Numbered from the stretch's first letter, positions 9,818 through 19,653 are shown. The stretch is DNA of 45,264 nucleotides from Candidatus Subterrananammoxibius californiae (GCA_030586555.1 JAURAC010000003.1:109938-155201); one strand, 5' to 3'. Notes: generated by a model from the sequence alone, not told the origin. Translations and numbers: made by a program.

Positions 9818-11184
9818 GACAGTGTCCTTACGGTAAAAAGGTCTGCAGATAATTCAATTCCTGCAATCTTCAACTTTTCGGCAAATTTTGGTCTAATTCC
9901 TGTAGGTAAGAACCTGCCGATAACAGTGCCATCGGCAGAAACCCCGGTCTTCTCAAAGATAAAAATATCCTGCATGGTAATGGTGTCTCCTTCCATGCCA
10001 ACAATCTCTGAAACACTTATTATCTTTCGGCGTCCATCGCTTAATCTGCTAACCTGCACTATCACATCAATTGCTGAGCTAACCTGCTGTCTTATTGCTT
10101 TATCTGGAATATTAACGCCACTCATCAAGACCATTGTTTCAAGGCGTGAGAAGGCATCCCTTGGAGTGTTGGCATGAATAGTAGCAAGAGACCCGTCATG
10201 CCCCGTATTCATCGCTTGCAGCATATCTACAACCTCCGCCCCGCGCACCTCTCCTACAATAATCCTATCGGGACGCATACGCAGGCTGTTACGCACCAAA
10301 TCCCTTATTGTAATCTCCCCCTTGCCTTCAAGATTTGACGGCCTGGTCTCCAGACGCACCACATGTTCCTGCTGTAGTATAAGTTCGGCGGCATCTTCAA
10401 TAGTAACTATCCTTTCAGTACCCGGAATAAAACTTGAAAGCACATTGAGCAAAGTAGTCTTACCAGAACCCGTTCCACCAGAAATTAAAACATTCAGGCG
10501 GCATTTAACTGCGCCTTTTAGTAAATCAAGAATTTCTTCCGTTGCCGACTGATAATATATAAGGTCCTGCGCCCTTAACGGCTTGGTTCCAAAACGCCTG
10601 ATTGATAAAGACGAACCATCAATGGCAAGAGGTGGAATAATAGCGTTAACCCTGGAACCGTCAAGCAATCGGGCATCAACCATTGGCGAAGACTCATCCA
10701 CCCTCCTTCCAACCTTTGAAACAATCCTATCAATAATCTGCCGCAGGTGAGTCTCGTCTTTAAAAATTACATCGGTAAGTTCCAATTTACCGAAACGCTC
10801 TATATAAACCTCTTTAGCGTTATTTACAAGAATGTCGGAAATTGTATGGTCGTTTAAAAGAGGCTCAAGTGGACCAAGACCAAGCATCTCATTCTGGATT
10901 TCATTTATGAGACGTATTTCCTCATCCTTATTCAAAGGAAACGCTTCCGTCTTCACCAGGGCTTCAACAATCTTTCCTATTTCCGTCCGCAGCTGCTCAT
11001 CATTGATGTTGTCGAGGTTTGATAGGTCGAGTTTGTCTATGAGCTTGCGATGTATTCTTGACTTTAGCTCCTGGTAGGTATTGATAGCATCGCGCCCGTT
11101 ATCGCCTGTTTTTTTCCCGGGACTATTATTTGCCGCACCATTTATCAAGATTGGTTTTTGCAGTCGTTTAGCAAGTAATGACAT
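9814..11184 (-). CDS. cpaF: Tad secretion ATPase CpaF/TadA
   Basis: Walker [41 protein letters not shown]. Confidence 0.95.
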   Translation of the reverse strand: MSLLAKRLQKPILINGAANNSPGKKTGDNGRDAINTYQELKSRIHRKLIDKLDLSNLDNINDEQLRTEIGKIVEALVKTEAFPLNKDEEIRLINEIQNEMLGLGPLEPLLNDHTISDILVNNAKEVYIERFGKLELTDVIFKDETHLRQIIDRIVSKVGRRVDESSPMVDARLLDGSRVNAIIPPLAIDGSSLSIRRFGTKPLRAQDLIYYQSATEEILDLLKGAVKCRLNVLISGGTGSGKTTLLNVLSSFIPGTERIVTIEDAAELILQQEHVVRLETRPSNLEGKGEITIRDLVRNSLRMRPDRIIVGEVRGAEVVDMLQAMNTGHDGSLATIHANTPRDAFSRLETMVLMSGVNIPDKAIRQQVSSAIDVIVQVSRLSDGRRKIISVSEIVGMEGDTITMQDIFIFEKTGVSADGTVIGRFLPTGIRPKFAEKLKIAGIELSADLFTVRTLS

Positions 11185-11188
11185 CTTG

Positions 11189-12370
11189 CTACTCCTTTTT
11201 AGTTATTAAGCCGAAAAGGTCCCATCCTCGCTTCTTTACTACAGGAGCACCTTCTCCTGCAAGCTTGCTTGCAAGCTGCATCAAGCTTGCTGAAATCTCT
11301 GAGCGAGGAGCAACGATTGAAATTGGCTCTCCACGATTAATAGACGATGTAACGGTTACAAAGTCATTCGGAATCATCCAGAAGACTGAAAAGTCGAGAG
11401 TATCTTCTATCTCCTTGATTGTAACCTCTGAAGGTTTAAGGTAGCGATTAATTACCAGTTTAACCTTTTCAATACTATAGCCCAGTCGTCTGAACGTGCT
11501 CAAGCAGCGTTGCGCATTATGAATAGACGGCAAGAGGGGACAGGAAACCAATATTATTGACTCTGCGAGGTCGAAGGCAGGAAGATTGTTCTCATCAAAG
11601 TGATGAGGCGTATCAACTATAACGTAATCAAATGAATCCTTCAGTAAGGTAAGTATCCTGGTAACTTGCTCTGGAGTAATCAACTCGCCATCTTCCAATT
11701 CCTTTGGCGCAGAAAGGACGCAAACCCCCGAAGGATGTTTTGCAAGTGACCCATGCAAAAGCGCCTGGTCAAGGCGATGAAAATTGCCAATTACGTCGGA
11801 AAGGGTTGAAAAAGACCTTACGTCTAAATACATGTTAACGTTGCCAAACTGCAAATCAAGGTCCACTAAAACAACCGACTTAGAAGTCATCTGAATTAGA
11901 TTAATTGCCAGATTAGCGGCTATCATCGTCGTTCCAACCCCACCCTTTCCACTAAATACGGTAATAATCTTTGAGTTTCTGCCAGCGTAGCCCTCCTTTT
12001 GCCTAATTATCTTTTCTATTGTAGAGCACATCTCGCCATTACTGGAAGGTTCCAGGAAGAAATCTTTTGCGCCTGCCCTGAGCGATTTGATGATGGTTTG
12101 AGGACTTTTGTCTTTGGATTTAACAAGGACATTAGTCTCTGGAAATTCCTTCGCAATCTTTTCTATCATAATGAGACCATGTTCTGAACCCTCAGGCAAC
12201 CCGAAGATAACAATCAGCGGCTTTGTCTTCTGAATTTGTTGGTACCCTGACTCTATATCTACAGCCTCCGCAAAAACAGTGCCTCCCTTGATACTTTCAA
12301 GGGTTTTCCTTAAAGACTCGCGCTCTGATTTGTCACTTTCTATAATCAGCACTGGTATATTATTAGTCAC
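11189..12370 (-). CDS. cpaE: CpaE/TadZ pilus localisation protein (atypical receiver + MinD/ParA-like ATPase)
   Basis: Degenerate REC domain, deviant Walker [18 protein letters not shown]. Start at GTG 12370 after GGAGG. Confidence 0.88.
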   Translation of the reverse strand: MTNNIPVLIIESDKSERESLRKTLESIKGGTVFAEAVDIESGYQQIQKTKPLIVIFGLPEGSEHGLIMIEKIAKEFPETNVLVKSKDKSPQTIIKSLRAGAKDFFLEPSSNGEMCSTIEKIIRQKEGYAGRNSKIITVFSGKGGVGTTMIAANLAINLIQMTSKSVVLVDLDLQFGNVNMYLDVRSFSTLSDVIGNFHRLDQALLHGSLAKHPSGVCVLSAPKELEDGELITPEQVTRILTLLKDSFDYVIVDTPHHFDENNLPAFDLAESIILVSCPLLPSIHNAQRCLSTFRRLGYSIEKVKLVINRYLKPSEVTIKEIEDTLDFSVFWMIPNDFVTVTSSINRGEPISIVAPRSEISASLMQLASKLAGEGAPVVKKRGWDLFGLITKKE

Positions 12371-12416
12371 ATATATCCTCCATAACACGGACAAACGAGT
12401 TTGTTCTTGCCAACCC

Positions 12417-14126
12417 TCACTCCGTCAACCCAACGCCAAATACACGGGATTGTGAATTCATATCCAACTCGCCGGAAGAAACGGTCTCTATAAAGCGCCC
12501 CGTTACATTGCTTTCAGGGGGGCCCGTAGCCCCTTCAAGGAAGAATGCGCCAATCCTTGTTACGGTAATTTCTCCAGGATTGCCAACAACGCCAATGTTG
12601 GGGTCATAAAACACAATCTTGATAATCCTTGGACTTTGATTGTCCTGGTAAGACGAGCCCATTACCTGGTTGGTGTTAACATCCCAATAAGCTGAGGGGT
12701 CTTGACTTATCAAATAATTAACGCCTTGCTCTGTCGGTCCTGTCATATTTCCTGGTTCAACACGTATTTCGTCGCCAATCTCCACCATTCCATTGTACCC
12801 ATACATAATAAGGTCTCTATAAACATCAGCTCCGGTCTGTGGATTGCCTTTATTTACGGGAGGCATGCAAATCGGAGCAAACCAGTACGGTTCTTCCCTC
12901 TCATCGTGAGAGCCAAACTTAAGCGTTACAAGTTCCCCTACTGCAGGGTATTCGTAACTTGTACAAGGAGTCGCATTTCCATCGCAATTTTCATTTTGGT
13001 TATTGTTTCCATCATCATTCCCATTCTGATTGCCATTACCATTCCAATTGCTGTTGCCATTGTTGTTCTCGTTGCTGTTGTCGTTTTGATTTTGATTGCT
13101 GTTATCGTCTCCATTGGTATTCTGATTCTGGTTGCCGCTATTATCCTGATTGCCATTCTGGTTATTATTTCCATTATTGTTACTATTTTGATTATTGTTT
13201 TGGTTGCCATTCCAGTTGCTGTTGCTATTGCCGTTCTGGTTACTGTTACCGTTTTGATTCTGATTGCTGTTATTGTTCCAGTTGCTATTCTGATTACCGT
13301 TTTGGTTGCTATTCCCACCGCCGTTGCCATTGCCGTTCTGGTTACAATACCCGTTGCTATCTCCACCGTTGTTCTGGTTATTATTTTGATTCTGGTTATT
13401 GTTATTGCCCCCTCCAGTTGCAAATGCAGTACTGAATATTAAATCCCAGAAGTCATTATTATAATACATGCACCCTCCACCGCCACCTTGCCCTCCGTTA
13501 TTATTCTGATTGCCATTACCGTTCCAGTTCCCATTGCCATTGTTGTTCTGATTACCGTTGCCATTGTGATTCCAGTTACCATTTCCATTCCCATTCTGGT
13601 TTTGATTCTGGTTGCCGTCTCCACCGCCAGTTTCAAGGCATTTGTCACGAACCGCCCAGGGCCTTATCCCATTAGTGCCATTAACAGGAATCAGTCCTGC
13701 TTTCGATGATGCGGTCATGTCCACTGAACTGTAGCCAAAGACTCTGGCACATAAAAGATTTATCGGATTTCCCCTCGAACTCGTGCGATACGCAGTAACC
13801 TTCACACGCCGAAGCGCCTTATCCGGGTTATCAAATATCTGTATGTCGCTATCCTGAAGCGTCACTGTCTGATTTAGTACCTTGTTATAACTTGCATACT
13901 CTTTTGCCATGCTTATAGCTGTAGCATAGCTCACTTCATCTAATTTCGATGCAGCAGCCAGGGCGGCGCTATCCACAGCGTTCTGGAGCTGGTTACGACT
14001 CGTTATCACCATGCCAATATCAACCGCACACGCCGTAAAGCCCAGAATGGCTGTCGTAACGATTGCCGCCATTACGGCGACCACTCCTTTTCGATCTTTA
14101 AGTCTTTTAAACGCTGTCCCACCCAA
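12417..14126 (-). CDS. tadG: TadG-like minor pilin with a 226-aa Asn/Gly/Gln-rich insertion
   Basis: RKG|VVAVMAAI prepilin-like N-terminus, DIG...LQNAVDSAALAAA Tad motif, C-terminal domain paralogous to 14136..15230. Confidence 0.8.
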   Translation of the reverse strand: MGGTAFKRLKDRKGVVAVMAAIVTTAILGFTACAVDIGMVITSRNQLQNAVDSAALAAASKLDEVSYATAISMAKEYASYNKVLNQTVTLQDSDIQIFDNPDKALRRVKVTAYRTSSRGNPINLLCARVFGYSSVDMTASSKAGLIPVNGTNGIRPWAVRDKCLETGGGDGNQNQNQNGNGNGNWNHNGNGNQNNNGNGNWNGNGNQNNNGGQGGGGGCMYYNNDFWDLIFSTAFATGGGNNNNQNQNNNQNNGGDSNGYCNQNGNGNGGGNSNQNGNQNSNWNNNSNQNQNGNSNQNGNSNSNWNGNQNNNQNSNNNGNNNQNGNQDNSGNQNQNTNGDDNSNQNQNDNSNENNNGNSNWNGNGNQNGNDDGNNNQNENCDGNATPCTSYEYPAVGELVTLKFGSHDEREEPYWFAPICMPPVNKGNPQTGADVYRDLIMYGYNGMVEIGDEIRVEPGNMTGPTEQGVNYLISQDPSAYWDVNTNQVMGSSYQDNQSPRIIKIVFYDPNIGVVGNPGEITVTRIGAFFLEGATGPPESNVTGRFIETVSSGELDMNSQSRVFGVGLTE

Positions 14127-14135
14127 TTTTCTAAA

Positions 14136-15230
14136 TTACTCCACCAATGACACATTAACCAAAAACGATGGAAACTCTTCGCCGGCTGTATCGCTGGTAA
14201 TTATCTTAATAAATCTACCCATGACATTATCGCTTGCGCTTCCCCCTTCCCCTGGTATATTTATGTCCTCAACAAAGAATGCGCCAAACTTGACTACTGT
14301 TATATAATCGTTCTGACCGCCGCTCGGCAAATCGTTTGGGTTATAGAAGGCAATCTTGATGATTCTCGGACTCTTCATCTCTGGATAATCAGAGCCAGCG
14401 ACTCCAGTGCCATTCCAATAAGCATATGGGTCTTCATTAAGCAGATAATTGACGCCCGATTCTGTTGGACCAGTCATATTACCCGTTTCGATTTGAAGTG
14501 TATCCCCAATTTCCACGACATCGTTATAACCATGTTGAATGAGTTCTCGATATTCATCAGCGCCAGTTATAGGCGTGCCCCTATTTAATGGTGGAAGGTC
14601 AACGGGGTTAAACCACTGGGGTAATGGTCTGCCGTCATCAGCGCCGTATTTAAGGATAACCTGCTGCCCTAAATCGGCATCTGTGTAACCGACGTACTCG
14701 CCCTCATCAACGTCCTCATCCCCATCGTAGTCAATCCATTTATCCCTGACTGCCCATGGTCTCAACCCACCCACCGCCTTGACTGACTTTAGCCCCGCCT
14801 TTGCAGTGGTGATAACGTCAACGCTGCTACTTCCTATAGGTAAGAAAGAAGCAAAGATTGTCGAGACAGGATTATTTGTAGCACTTGTGCGTCGTGTGGT
14901 AACCTTGATTTGTGTTGGATTTGCAGGCGCAGCAGGGAAAAACTCAATATCCTGTGATGTAATTACAATTGGCGTATTCGCAGCCTTGTTTTTCGAGGCA
15001 TAATCAATTGCTGCTGCCGTTGCCTGGGTCACAGCCTGCGTTCTGTCTGAAAGATAAAGATACGCAGCGCCAGCCATAGCCGCAGAATCAGCGGCATTCT
15101 GAAGCTGGTTACGGACGGTGTAAATGTATCCTATATCAGTCCCTAATGCGGCAAAACCAATAAGTACTGCTATAATAATGGCAGTCATAACAGCTACCGC
15201 ACCTTTGTTATCACTTAAACTTCTCAACAT
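14136..15230 (-). CDS. tadG: TadG-like minor pilin
   Basis: NKG|AVAVMTAII, DIG...LQNAADSAAMAGA; DYDGDEDVD acidic loop. Confidence 0.8.
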   Translation of the reverse strand: MLRSLSDNKGAVAVMTAIIIAVLIGFAALGTDIGYIYTVRNQLQNAADSAAMAGAAYLYLSDRTQAVTQATAAAIDYASKNKAANTPIVITSQDIEFFPAAPANPTQIKVTTRRTSATNNPVSTIFASFLPIGSSSVDVITTAKAGLKSVKAVGGLRPWAVRDKWIDYDGDEDVDEGEYVGYTDADLGQQVILKYGADDGRPLPQWFNPVDLPPLNRGTPITGADEYRELIQHGYNDVVEIGDTLQIETGNMTGPTESGVNYLLNEDPYAYWNGTGVAGSDYPEMKSPRIIKIAFYNPNDLPSGGQNDYITVVKFGAFFVEDINIPGEGGSASDNVMGRFIKIITSDTAGEEFPSFLVNVSLVE

Positions 15231-15282
15231 ATAGACCGCCTTTCTTTTGTGTTAATATCCTTCGCCTTTTAAAGGAAGGATG

Positions 15283-16848
15283 TTAAAATAATGTATGCCC
15301 AAATGGTCCTACCATATCCTTGGTTCCTTCTAAGTGACCCATAAGGAATAGTTCATAATCAGTCGGAAGTTCTTTCATTACTTTTGGCACCGTTGGTTTT
15401 CGCTCAGGGGGCAATGGTTTAACCAGTCTGGGTGTTATCATGATTATTAATTCAGTCTCGTTATTTATGAAACGTGTACTTCGAAAAAGGGCTCCTATAT
15501 AAGGTATATCACCAATCCATGGAACCTGGGAGAGCCTTCTTGTAAGCTCTTTGGAGATTAATCCGCCAATAATCAGGCTGTTACCTTCCCTGAGTTCTAC
15601 CGTGGTCTCAGCCCTTCTAATCCTTAAGGGGGGTACTTCAACGTTCTCAAAAATTATAATGGAATTTTCTCTATCAATGGCGCTCACTTCCGGGGATACC
15701 TTGAGGTTGATTATTCCCGATTCCTTGACCTCAGGTGTAAAATCGAGTCTTACCCCGAAATTCCTGAACTTGACGGAAAAAAATATACCCGACTGGGTCT
15801 GATTCGCTTCGAGGTAAGGGAATTCACCGCCTGCGAGGAAGCTTGCCTGCTGACCGCTTATTGCGGTAAGGTTAGGTTCTGCCAGCACCGTTGCAAGGCT
15901 CCTTTCTTCAAGCGCCTTTATCAACGTAGAAACATCAATACTTCCCGAATCTTGAGAAAGTCCAATTGTACCTGCTGCAGGACCCGAAAGGACTGGAGGC
16001 ACTCCCATTGGCGTCCCTAAAAAACGCATTGAGTCGAGCCCAACATCAAAAAACTTTAACCGTGTATTTACGCCAAGTTCCTTTAGAGCAGTACGGTCAA
16101 TTTCTGCAATGCGTACCTGAAGTTCTACTTGTTGTGGTTCAGCTACTTCAAGAAAGCTAATGACCTTACCGTTGTCTGCAGTTATTATTGCACCTTCACT
16201 TACATTCCAGGTTCTTGTAACACCCATTCCAGCCCCGCCAGAACTGGCAGTACCGCTGTTTCCACTAACGCCACCAGACCAACCCCCTCCGCCAGTTGCT
16301 CTGAGAGGAAGTTGGTCTTCCTTTAAAATTGTTCCGCCAGGACCTGCCGTAATCTTTAACCCCCCTCCTCCAAAGAAGGCTGTTGCCATTGTCACTGCCT
16401 TTGTTATAACGGCTGCGTTAGCAACCTTGCCCCATAAAATTACCGAGTCGTCAGCAGCCTGAACCTCCACCCTTATGTTTTCATCAACCTCATGGAGTTT
16501 CTCAATAAGAAGGGATGCATCCCTTTCCACTGCGATATCATAGACGTTATAACCACCCTCCTTATCCCACATAATAAATGTTGTCAATCCGGGTGATTTG
16601 CCGTTAAGCAGGATTTGTTGAGGAGATATGACAATGGCGTCAACCATTTTAGGCTCCGTTACTGATACTCTATCCACTGGCTGCGCGGAATCAACGACCA
16701 AGGATTGGCCAATGACAACCTTTAAGCGCTGGTGTGGTGAATCTGTTTGCTGCTCCGCCACTGGCAGGGACGTCTCGTCTGTCAATCCATCTGGGGCGGA
16801 TTCCAGCCATAAAAATGTAACTAATACCGCTGCAAGTATTTTGCGTAT
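15283..16848 (-). CDS. cpaC: Secretin CpaC/RcpA, apparent AUA start
   Basis: QVELQVRIAE, LAEPNL...GQQASFLAGGEFP, ETELIIMITPRLV. The frame extends to ATA at 16848, 7 nt after AAGGAGG, restoring a signal peptide. Confidence 0.9.
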   Translation of the reverse strand: MRKILAAVLVTFLWLESAPDGLTDETSLPVAEQQTDSPHQRLKVVIGQSLVVDSAQPVDRVSVTEPKMVDAIVISPQQILLNGKSPGLTTFIMWDKEGGYNVYDIAVERDASLLIEKLHEVDENIRVEVQAADDSVILWGKVANAAVITKAVTMATAFFGGGGLKITAGPGGTILKEDQLPLRATGGGGWSGGVSGNSGTASSGGAGMGVTRTWNVSEGAIITADNGKVISFLEVAEPQQVELQVRIAEIDRTALKELGVNTRLKFFDVGLDSMRFLGTPMGVPPVLSGPAAGTIGLSQDSGSIDVSTLIKALEERSLATVLAEPNLTAISGQQASFLAGGEFPYLEANQTQSGIFFSVKFRNFGVRLDFTPEVKESGIINLKVSPEVSAIDRENSIIIFENVEVPPLRIRRAETTVELREGNSLIIGGLISKELTRRLSQVPWIGDIPYIGALFRSTRFINNETELIIMITPRLVKPLPPERKPTVPKVMKELPTDYELFLMGHLEGTKDMVGPFGHTLF

Positions 16849-16977
16849 GTTTTTTCCTCCTTACGTATATGGTGTGTAATTCTTTATTTTCCGTAAAATG
16901 CGCTTCTCTTTAAACACTAAAAGGTTTATCGGTAAAAACAAGTTTTTCTGTAGGGCTAAACAACGCCCCCAAGCATG

Positions 16978-17101
16978 GTAGACAACGAGGTTTTACCTTC
17001 GGCTGAGCAGTTCGACCCTGAGCTCACTGCCGAAGGGCTCAGGTCGAAGCCTCATTGATGTCTGCATCTTCGACCCAACGAACATAAAGTTCGTTATCTA
17101 C
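16978..17101. repeat. Nested REP cluster between cpaB and cpaC
   Basis: GTAGACAACGA...TCGTTATCTAC enclosing TTCGACCCTGAGC...GCTCAGGTCGAA. Confidence 0.7.
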
Positions 17102-17115
17102 CTATAATCGGGCTA

Positions 17116-17976
17116 CTACATCTCAAAGGATTCTTTGGCGCTGGTAATGGTTTGTTTTGGCATATCAAAAGTAACCTGAGACCGTTCCGCACCCTTAATA
17201 ACCTCAATTGCAAATTTACGGGATGCTCCGTTAGCAACACCTTTAGTATCCATATACAGTATATCTTCTATGCCGATTCCTGCTGTAACCACAGGAGTGG
17301 CATCGAGACCATTCCTCATAGCAAGTTGAAGTGTACCTTTATTATTGGCGAGGGCAAGCTTTTCAGCTTCGTCAGGGCTTGCAAGTAATGTTACCGCATT
17401 AACAATTGCAGGTTTATCCTCTTCCTGCCGCATCCTTTGGTCTACGGCAAGGACGAGCATATTTTCAAGAAGCATCTTTGATACCGCTTTATGTTTACCC
17501 TCTTTCATTTCAATAGTCAAAATTACGTCAACCCTGCTTCCCGGCAAGACAAAACCTGCAACACCGGCTATTTCATTGACCCTGATTGTGATTGCACGCT
17601 TTCCATCTGGAATTACTCCCGTTATTCCTCCTTTGAAACCTTCGGGGGCAAGTTTGGGGTCTAAAATAGGTTCTCCCTTAACCAGTTCGGTCTTAGCAGC
17701 CCTGCCAACCAACTGTTTTATTTCACAAAATGCGCCGTGTGGCACACAATCCTTTGGCCACGATGTAACCCTCAACTGCTCATCCGTTAACCGCGTGCCC
17801 CATGGAATATCTGTACTGGCAACAACAACACCTTGTGTGATGAATACATCTTCTACCTTTGCAGCTCCCTTTTCAAGCTGTACCCTGTTTTCAATGTACT
17901 TTGAGATTTGTCTGCTTGCAATTAACCCAAAAAACACTGCAAGGACTAAAAATATTACCGACCTTAATTTAGCCAT
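17116..17976 (-). CDS. cpaB: Flp pilus assembly protein CpaB/RcpC
   Basis: SAF domain (VVVASTDIPWGT), GKRAITIRVNEIAGVAGFVLPGSRVDV. Start at ATG 17976 after GAAAGGA. Confidence 0.92.
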   Translation of the reverse strand: MAKLRSVIFLVLAVFFGLIASRQISKYIENRVQLEKGAAKVEDVFITQGVVVASTDIPWGTRLTDEQLRVTSWPKDCVPHGAFCEIKQLVGRAAKTELVKGEPILDPKLAPEGFKGGITGVIPDGKRAITIRVNEIAGVAGFVLPGSRVDVILTIEMKEGKHKAVSKMLLENMLVLAVDQRMRQEEDKPAIVNAVTLLASPDEAEKLALANNKGTLQLAMRNGLDATPVVTAGIGIEDILYMDTKGVANGASRKFAIEVIKGAERSQVTFDMPKQTITSAKESFEM

Positions 17977-18049
17977 AGATGGTTTCCTTTCGTAAAATAA
18001 ACGGCACGGACAAACAAGTTTGCCCATGCCACCCATTAAGAGTTTCTAA

Positions 18050-18523
18050 TTACTCATGACGCATTACTGCCGTATTGGATAATGGTATTGTCCCACTCCA
18101 GGCAACGGACCTCCCTCCCATGATGGGAAGGCTGGTTAGCGTGGGTATTATTGAGCCTGTTAGCACCTGAAAATTATAGTTAACCGTGACAGAAATGGTA
18201 TCATTAGTATTTGCGGTTGATACATCTATAATAGTGTCATTAACACGTGCAGTGATAGAAGCATAAGCAGTATTCAGACCACTGGCAGAGAGATAGTTGT
18301 TAATAGTATTTTGTACGTCTGTTGAGGTACTGCCCTGGATGATGGCTTTCCTTGCCCCTTCACGTGTGGCGTTTGTGATGACGTGCATGGTAAACCACGC
18401 CCTGCCAAACTCCGTCATCCCGTAAAGCATCAGGGCAAAAAGAGGCAATATTAAGGCAAACTCAACCGTCGCTGAACCGTTTCTCCTATTTACATATCTA
18501 CAAAATCTCTTAAAGGGGTTCAT
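18050..18523 (-). CDS. tadE: TadE-family pseudopilin
   Basis: RRNG|SATVEFALILP, NATREGAR. Confidence 0.9.
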   Translation of the reverse strand: MNPFKRFCRYVNRRNGSATVEFALILPLFALMLYGMTEFGRAWFTMHVITNATREGARKAIIQGSTSTDVQNTINNYLSASGLNTAYASITARVNDTIIDVSTANTNDTISVTVNYNFQVLTGSIIPTLTSLPIMGGRSVAWSGTIPLSNTAVMRHE

Positions 18524-18568
18524 TAGAGTTACCTTGTTTGCTTCTCTTCAAAGAAGTAAGAGCGGCTA

Positions 18569-18700
18569 CAGAGCCCATCCCAACCACCCTGCGAAGTGCG
18601 ATGGATACTTTGGAGGTTCCACAGAGTAGCTGGGATGATTTTCTCCTTCGCTTGAGGCGAAGGACAGGTAAATAAGGGAGCTCTGCCCGTATCAGACGGG
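18569..18700 (-). ncRNA. Candidate structured cis-RNA between flp and tadE
   Basis: 20-bp stem (18576-18595 with 18618-18637) with 15 Watson-Crick and 5 G-U pairs on the minus strand, an 8-bp hairpin (18644-18664), a 7-bp closing helix and a 5' CCCGT/ACGGG hairpin. Confidence 0.55.
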
Positions 18701-18733
18701 TGAAATAATAGCAAAGTCCTTAGAAATACGGGT

Positions 18734-18916
18734 TTAACTACCAGTGTTAACGGTAGTAGCAACGCTGTTAAACGTATTGGACACGGACCCGCCGAGAAAC
18801 GTCACTGCGCCAACAATTACCGCTGCAATTAAAGCGACAAGAAGACCATACTCAACAGCGCTTGCACCATCTTCTCTTTTACAAATACCTTTTATTCTTC
18901 CAATTATTTTCTTCAC
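18734..18916 (-). CDS. flp: Flp/Fap type IVb major pilin
   Basis: REDG|ASAVEYGLLVALIAAVIVGAV Flp motif, 60 aa, GTG start after GAAAGGA. Confidence 0.95.
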   Translation of the reverse strand: MKKIIGRIKGICKREDGASAVEYGLLVALIAAVIVGAVTFLGGSVSNTFNSVATTVNTGS

Positions 18917-18943
18917 TTTAGTTTCCTTTCTTAATTGCTAAGG

Positions 18944-19066
18944 TTAATTTAGAGATTCTTCGCCCGCCCTGGGGCGGGCGAAGAATAACATAAGACAAAA
19001 CTTTTACTCTACAACTTCGCTTCCATCGACTCTTTGCTGATGCATCTCCACCATTTTAACTTCTAT
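18944..19066 (-). pseudogene. Degenerate second flp copy or leader ORF
   Basis: AAGGAGGT, then ATA, then ...RVDGSEVVE-TAA-KFCLMLFFA, aligning to flp REDGASAVEY-GLLVALIAA; interrupted by a GC hairpin. Confidence 0.5.
18955..18986. repeat. Perfect GC-rich hairpin of the CCGCC-N3-GGCGG REP-like family
   Basis: ATTCTTCGCCCGCCC-TG-GGGCGGGCGAAGAAT. Confidence 0.7.
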
Positions 19067-19138
19067 TTTCTCACCTCCTTCCAAAATGTAATCTTTTCTG
19101 ATTAGTTTTAAAAAATTCAATTTTTGTGCACTTCATTT

Positions 19139-19156
19139 TAGCAACCTTTATGCCGA
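19139..19156 (-). promoter_or_regulatory. Sigma54 -24/-12 promoter of the tad operon
   Basis: Minus strand TCGGCATAAAGGTTGCTA = GG-N10-GC, close to consensus TGGCAC-N5-TTGCW; divergent sigma54 activator gene. Confidence 0.8.
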
Positions 19157-19327
19157 ATCCGCCACGGGCGGACTAAAAAAATAGGCTTTGAAAATTTGTT
19201 TTTATATTAATCTACCAATTTAATCTTCCGATATATAAAGAGTTAGACTAACGAAATATCTACCCAATAAATCTGGCTCAATAAACTGAGCAACTACATA
19301 ATATGTATCGGCAAAATTATTAATTTC

Positions 19328-19376
19328 TGTACATTTTTGAATTCTCCAATTCCATCTAACTTGACAAAAATGTACA
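19328..19376. promoter_or_regulatory. Paired enhancer-like sites (UAS) for the NtrC-family activator
   Basis: TGTACATTTTTG (19328-19339) and its exact inverse CAAAAATGTACA (19365-19376). Confidence 0.6.
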
Positions 19377-19389
19377 ATTGAGGTATAAA
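19361..19389 (+). promoter_or_regulatory. Sigma70-type promoter for the regulator/kinase pair
   Basis: TTGACA-17 nt-TATAAA. Confidence 0.65.
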
Positions 19390-19653
19390 TCTAATGAATA
19401 ATTGGAAATTGTAAATTCTTTTACCTTTAATCTCTTCCGCCTAATATAGGTTTAATTCTTTGAGAGAATATGATATAGCGGAAAATAATCACTTTTGCCT
19501 TATGCGGATTTAATTTATAAAAATTTTTTTATTAATTGTTTTGTAAATGGAACGTCATTTGTTACTATGTACCTTTAAAGTGTAACGCAAATTTTTTTTG
19601 TAGGTGTAAGAATTCAATTCGTACATACAACACATGCGTTGTAAGGAGGTACA

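Noticed and set aside
12702..13709. Long alternative-frame and antisense ORFs (Ile/Val-, Cys/Tyr- and Thr/Ile-rich)
   Set aside because: Shadows of the low-complexity Asn/Gly codons in tadG; no RBS or family features.
18529..18762. 77-aa ORF between flp and tadE, or a c-di-GMP riboswitch there
   Set aside because: The ORF overlaps flp and lacks an RBS and protein-like features; the conserved GEMM motifs were not found.
19004..19006. Recoded stop (Sec/Pyl) in the flp-like remnant
   Set aside because: The codon is TAA and the downstream sequence is degenerate and interrupted.
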